Source of the DNA: Bilabrum cf. latius
Lineage: Eukaryota
Length of the DNA stretch: 64,000 nt
Direction of reading: 5' to 3'
Assembly: GCA_965178125.1 (NCBI GenBank)
Contig: OZ237742.1
Coordinates: 434,001-498,000 of the forward strand
Shown here: positions 58,961 to 64,000 of the stretch, one piece after another
Layout: each line of letters starts with the position of its first letter
Position numbering within the stretch: position 1 is the first letter of the stretch
The notes under the pieces: generated by a model
The model's input: the letters and a program-made list of their open reading frames with translations, nothing else
The model's database searches: none
What the model was told of the DNA's origin: nothing
Translations under genes and position numbers: made by a program

Positions 58961-60377
58961 TTAAGCGATACCATCCGCAAAATTAGAGGACCGGTAGAGC
59001 CGGTTCTGCAACGCGGACGGCCGGCCCCCCTGACCCAGCACCGCGTCCGTCTTGCCCGTCTTACCTTTAAGTGCCACAGTGCCGCTGTCCGCGAATCCTT
59101 CGTGCAGCTGCTTGCCCTTCACGGCCCCAGCCACCACCGTCCCCTTCTATGCCGCTGACCGCCCCCTGCCTCCTTGCTTGCCGCTGGCCGCTGCTCCTCC
59201 CTTGCCCCAAGTACCAGCTCCGGCAGTACCTGCAGCGATAGTCGCCCTGGCCGCCGCAATCCCCTGCTTCCTCCTCTTGTCAATCACCTCCCGCTCCATG
59301 CGGCCCTTCTCCGCGCGCTGCAGCAGCTCAATCTGCGCGATCTTGGGGTCTCGCTTGCCCAGGTCGCTCAGCGTCGGGGCGGGCCGGTACGTCCCTCCAC
59401 TAGCCCCCGCATCCCCAGCTGCTCCCGCCGCACCCACCGCCCTATATCTCTGCTGCTCGAGCTGCTCCTTTGACTCCCTGTGGACGCGGGCGCGGGCATC
59501 TCGGACGTTCGCGAGGATCTCCCAGATGGAGGGGGAGGCGGCGGTGCCCAGCTGCAGGCGGGACCGTAGCTGTGCCACCCAGAAGGCTTCACCGAACACC
59601 CTTGTCCTGAGTTTCCTTTGCATTCGGAAGGCGGGGAAGAGCATCGAGGGGTAGTCGTCGTTGATCTTCTTGAACTCGTCGAAGCCGACCTGATCGTCCC
59701 CATTAGAGTCCAATTCCCTCATGAGCGATGTGACCCTGTGGTTCTGGTCGTACATGTCTCCGTAGACCTCCGACAGGAGCTCGTAGACCTCGCTCATGTC
59801 GAGGTAGCCACTGAGGTCAGAGTCGAACAGGTCAAACGAGAAGCGAAGGAGCGCTCGAATGTCCATGCTGCAGTAGTTCCACATCGTGATAACGAATTCC
59901 CTAAACGTAATCTCTCCGGATGCGTCCTCATCTGCGGCTCCAAAGGGCGCAAGCACACAATGGACATGAATCGTTGAGGACCAGCTTCTGCGCTGCTAGG
60001 TTGGAATTCACACGCCCTCACCGATGATAGAAAACACCCTGTCGGCAAAAGAAGATCGTTCGATGTCAAAAAATCGATAGAATTCGTCCAGATCGACCAA
60101 GCCGGTCTAGTCCTTGTCAACTTCAACGAATACGTTGTAGAAATCATCGATGACTTCTTGCTCGACTGCAAGCCCGCCAAAGAATCAGTGTTGGAAGTTG
60201 TGATAGATAAAACCTATGTTGTATGATTGATCCCACTCATGCGTGAAGAGACTCACGTTTTAGCTTAGCAAAGTCTCGTACTGCTTCCTACCCTTGACCT
60301 GGTTTCGATTCGTTTGGCACGAAATAGCTCTTTGTGTGAACCTTTTTAGCGCCAGTCACTGGCAAACAGTTTCCCAT
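58961..60377 (-). CDS. Four-EF-hand calcium sensor (calcineurin B/CBL-like) with MGNC N-terminus and basic tail; introns 60166-60256 and 59932-60021; 3 in-frame TAG
   Basis: EF loops DKD*TGLVDLDE, DEDASGEITFRE, DSDLSGYLDMSE, DSNGDDQVGFDE; YPSMLFPAFRMQ. Ends TAA 58961. Confidence 0.8.
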
Positions 60378-60525
60378 TAGTGTCAACGGTGCTTCTTGCC
60401 CATGAATATACGGTCTGGTGCCTGTATACAGTCTGCCTGGAGTGGAGCGCGTTGGGTTCGTTGGCTAAACCGAACGTTCTTTCGAAGCACTGTTTGCTGC
60501 TTGAGGCAACTGCATATTTTTTGCC

Positions 60526-62909
60526 ATGAAGAGGCGCGGTGGTGCGGGTAGGAAGCGCCCTAGGGATGAACAGAATGATGATGCATAGGATCGCAAGCGT
60601 GGAGTCTCCTTGAAGAACTCTATCCGCTCTTTGCGCCGTCTCCTCGTCAGCAAGGTAAGGCTTCAATTTATTTTTGCCCAGGCCCTGTAATTGGACAGAA
60701 CGGCAGCGATGAGACTTGTAAGAGTGTTAAGCCTTATTTTTCCACGCAGTGGGACGAAATGTCATTCGAGGCTAGGCGCCAGAAAGTTAGGATGCTCCGC
60801 AAACAGCAGCAGGAACTCGATGAAAGGAAGCGAAGCGAGAGAGAGCACGCCCTGCTGCTTCGTTACAGGGGAATCATGTTTACGGAACGATAGAAGGCAA
60901 GGCGACGTCTCAAGCAGGTTGAGAAGAAACTTGCATCCGAAGACGCGAGCGGAGGGGATCTCGATTCGCTTCAGTCCGACCGCCTGCGCTACCTGGAAGA
61001 TATCGCGTATACGAGGTGGTTTCCAAGGGGACAGAAATATATCAGTCTGTACCCCTCGCGGGAAATGACGGAAGCAGACATCCGACGCCGCGATTGGCTG
61101 AGAAAGTGGGCACTGGCGAACGCAGCCGCCGAGAAGCACCTGCCCGATCCCCCAGAGCTGCTCCCGGGCTAGAGGAGAGAGCTGGCGCACGCACTGACCG
61201 ACCACAAGAAGAAAACATAGCAAGGAAGCGAACCAGCTGCAGCGGCATCATCCTCTTCATCCACCGCTTCCTCATCAGAACCAGCGTCAGCGGCTGGAGC
61301 GGAAGCGCAGGACCTGGATGAGGAAGCCCTCATTTCTCAGGCAGCGGAGGCCAGCAAAGGTGCAGGAGCGATCGCTCTCCTCAGATAGTTCCAGACCAAG
61401 GCACTCGTAGTGAACGTTCGTCCAGGGGAACAAGGCAAGAAGCCGAAGCCCATCAGCGACGACCGGCCAGATCTCTAGAGGCGCAAGGGCAAGGGCAAGG
61501 ACAAGGACGAGCAGCGGGGTGCCGGCAAGTCTGAGTCGCCTGAAGCTGCTAAGGAAAGTAGTCCCGGCACAATCAAGGGTGCAGATAAGTCTGCTGTGTC
61601 TGGTAGCTCGAACCAGCCCGCGTCATCGTCCGGCTCCGATTCTAGCAGTGATAGTAGCAGCGATGACGGTAGTGGTAGCGACAGTGGGAGCGAAAAAGTC
61701 GGCAGTCGTGCTGCTGCCCCAGCTCCAACCCCAGCCCCGTCCTCATCCTCGTCTGCATCGTCGAGCAGCTCAAAGCACAGGCCTACGATGGCCCAGCTAG
61801 AGGATCTCCTGGACCCGAGGGCAGCCAAGCGGGCCCAGCGGATGGAAGCCAGGAGGGGCATGCAGGACGCAAGGGATCTTGACAGCGAGATGGGAGGAGC
61901 TGCCGAGGGGGAGGGTGACGGGGTTGGGTCTCGGGGATCGAAGGGAAGAGGGAGTGGAGGGGGTTCAGGACTGGAGCCTGTGTCCGCGGGGGGCGAAGAG
62001 GGTGGGGAGGCGGGGGCTGCTGCTGCTGAGGAGGAGGAGGAGGAGGTGGATGATTTTCTCCTCGGGGGCGGGGACGACGACGGTGATGGGGGTGATGGAG
62101 AGGAGGGAAAGTAGGGCGACGGATTTTTGCTCGCAGGGGAGGAAGGCGATGAAGAAGAGGGGCAGGGTGGGGAAGAAGATGGGTCGACCGGTGGCGGGTC
62201 AGCGCATGGACCAGCAGCCAAGAAAAGGAGAACAGCGGCCTCCACTGTGCCTCTGTTCAAGAAAGAGGAGAGCCTGTTCGAGGAGCTGGGGGACGGCTCT
62301 GACATGACCGAGGTGCCGGGCAGCTGGCGCGCTGCTTTCAGGGAAAAGGATCAGGGCAAGGCGCTCCGGAGGATGGCGTTCCAGGCCCAGCAGGGGGACA
62401 CTGGCCTCACGGCAGAGTTCAGGGGCCGATACAGCGACACTGCCGCCAACAGGAAGGGCAAGTCGGGCGGGGCGTTGGATCGCGTGAAGAAGTAGCTGGC
62501 CCGGGCGTACTTGCGGGAGATGAGGGGCCGAGGGCGGGGTAGAGGGGCTGGGCGCGGGGGCATGGGTGGGCGCGGGGGCATGGGTGGGCGCGGGGGCATG
62601 GGTGGCCGCGGGGGCATGGGTGGCCGCGGGGGAGGGCGAGGGAGGGGGCGAGAGGGGGGGCGTGGTGGAGGTTTTGGTGCGGATTATGGGAGGGGGCGCG
62701 GAGGTGGAAGTGGTCGAGGCGGCTACGGGGGTCGTGGGAGGGGCGGAGGGTTTGAGCGCGGTAGGGGGGGTGGGGGCCGGGGCGGGTGGGCCGACCGCGG
62801 TGGTGGTCGAGGTCGAGGTGCATCGGGAGAAGGGACGGGCCGGGGAGATCACAGCCATGCGCCGAGGACAACCGCAGGTCCGGCAGGGCGCAAGCACATG
62901 ACATTTTGA
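60526..62909 (+). CDS. EFG1: rRNA-processing protein Efg1 with long acidic and RGG-rich extension; intron 60655-60749; ~8 in-frame TAG
   Basis: LKNSIRSLRRLL, MFTER*KARRRLKQ, DIAYTRWFPRGQKYISLYP match Efg1 motifs. The frame continues through TAG to TGA 62907. Confidence 0.8.
62550..62630 (+). repeat. 18-bp coding repeat, ~4 copies (GRGGMG)
   Basis: gggcgcgggggcatgggt repeated within the RGG tail. Confidence 0.85.
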
Positions 62910-63178
62910 TCGCAAATCTTTCAGCTCTGAAGGATTCTAACGCGTGGGGAGGGAAGCCGCACCACTGATCGAACCGCACAGAAGGTTCGTTTCTTTCCAC
63001 CAAACCTTCCGTGCAGAAGAAACAGAACTGAATTGCCTCAAGATAGCTGGTATCGCCGATTTCCTGGGACTAGAGCCAGCACAAGCTTGTACTAGACTTT
63101 AATTTTCTATAGCAGCCACTTTCCGCTGCAGTGACACGTGCGTGGCAGCTACCTGCGGCAGTCGCACGTTGGTGAAAG

Positions 63179-64000
63179 ATGAGTCGTCCAAGACGCACAT
63201 CGAAGCGTTCATCCGCTAAAAACGCTCTGGTAGGTTTGCCAGGCAGTAGAACCACAAAACCAGCTGGCGGTTCAGGGCGCCGACCTCCTTTCCTGGTGAA
63301 GCTCGTGCAGATGCTCGAAACCCCATCCCTATCTGATCTAATAGCATGGACACCGGATGGTCTCGGCATTCTAATCCAGAACCCAGATAAATTCGCGAGT
63401 GATGTGCTACCGCGCTTTTTCCGGCATAGCTCCCAAACATCATTCTTGCGATCGATGAACTTTTACGGGTTTCGCACGATCAAGCAGCTGAAGGGGCAGT
63501 GGCGAGTGTTCGGTAATCCCAGCTTCCGACGAGGCAACACGGAGCAGCTATTCCAGGAAAGACGAAACGTTCGCAACCTCCCCGGATCCTCCGGGATGGC
63601 CGCCACATCGCCGTTTGCAGGCGGCTCGCCGGGCCACCCTCACCCGGTCCCACCATCCGTGGGTGCGGCAGCTGCATACCCTTTCCAGCAGCAGCAGGCC
63701 CCGCAGGCGAACACATCAGCACCTCCTGCGCGTGCATTCCCAGGCGCATCGGCGTGGTCAGTCGGTGCGGGCGCTCCCCAGCCGTCCTATCCGTCGCATG
63801 CACGTGCAGGACCCGCCGGAGAGGACTCGCAAGGCTCAGCCATGACAGGCTCCGGGCAAGGGAGCGCCCCCAGGGCAGGAGCTAGCATGGGCATGCTGGA
63901 CGACTCCCTTGTCGGTTTCCCCGCGGATGGCAGCTCCGGTGCCGCTGCTGGTGCGAGACACCGTGGCGGGTCTGGAGCTCACGATCTTGACCTGGGTGCG
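63179..64000 (+). CDS. Heat shock transcription factor (HSF DNA-binding domain), runs off the window
   Basis: Manual translation from ATG 63179: PPFLVKLVQML..IAWTPDG..PDKFASDVLPRFFRHSSQTSFLRSMNFYGFR..FGNPSFRRG. Absent from the ORF track because there is no stop in the window. Confidence 0.88.
   Translation, partial: MSRPRRTSKRSSAKNALVGLPGSRTTKPAGGSGRRPPFLVKLVQMLETPSLSDLIAWTPDGLGILIQNPDKFASDVLPRFFRHSSQTSFLRSMNFYGFRTIKQLKGQWRVFGNPSFRRGNTEQLFQERRNVRNLPGSSGMAATSPFAGGSPGHPHPVPPSVGAAAAYPFQQQQAPQANTSAPPARAFPGASAWSVGAGAPQPSYPSHARAGPAGEDSQGSAMTGSGQGSAPRAGASMGMLDDSLVGFPADGSSGAAAGARHRGGSGAHDLDLGA

Noticed and set aside
5616-62047. Trinucleotide and hexanucleotide runs (ttc, gct, agc, cac, gag)
   Set aside because: Ordinary coding microsatellites for poly-Glu, poly-Ser and poly-His in low-complexity regions.
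1-64000. Mass pseudogenisation or random sequencing error as the cause of the internal stops
   Set aside because: The interruptions are exclusively TAG, with no TAA/TGA and almost no frameshifts. They occur in essential genes with intact motifs and in varied flanking contexts.
1-64000. TAG as pyrrolysine, or as Trp via A-to-I editing
   Set aside because: Aligned residues are Gln or polar, never conserved Trp; TAG is widespread in ordinary genes; no pyl genes are present.
1-64000. tRNA (including a CUA-anticodon tRNA), rRNA, eRF1, transposase or virophage genes
   Set aside because: None was recognisable by eye; tRNAscan-SE and profile searches would be needed to exclude them.

Overview
Gene-dense, GC-rich eukaryotic nuclear DNA from a flagellated protist, probably a stramenopile (inferred from the OMPDC-OPRT fusion order, an outer-dynein-arm docking gene and short GT-AG introns). 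The ORF track is fragmented because TAG is not a stop codon here. About 100 in-frame TAGs (hand count) interrupt 23 of 26 genes without changing frame. They occupy conserved Gln positions in NVL (VVN*LLTELDG), V-ATPase A (ASI*CYE), REX4 (KI*SGEH) and Efg1 (ER*KA). Every gene end traced is TGA or TAA, and no internal TAA/TGA was seen. The window therefore supports a nuclear code with UAG=Gln and UAA/UGA=stop. Read this way it holds about 26 genes, mostly on alternating strands with short intergenic spacers. Secondary observations include a SUMO-BTB-Tudor-like fusion, a PFK-2 with a degenerate phosphatase domain, a frameshifted C2H2 array followed by 4x32-bp hairpin repeats, a triplicated TFIIS 3' end, and an inverted promoter module. 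No rRNA, tRNA, CRISPR array or clear transposon was recognised. All calls are by manual reading; no database search was run.
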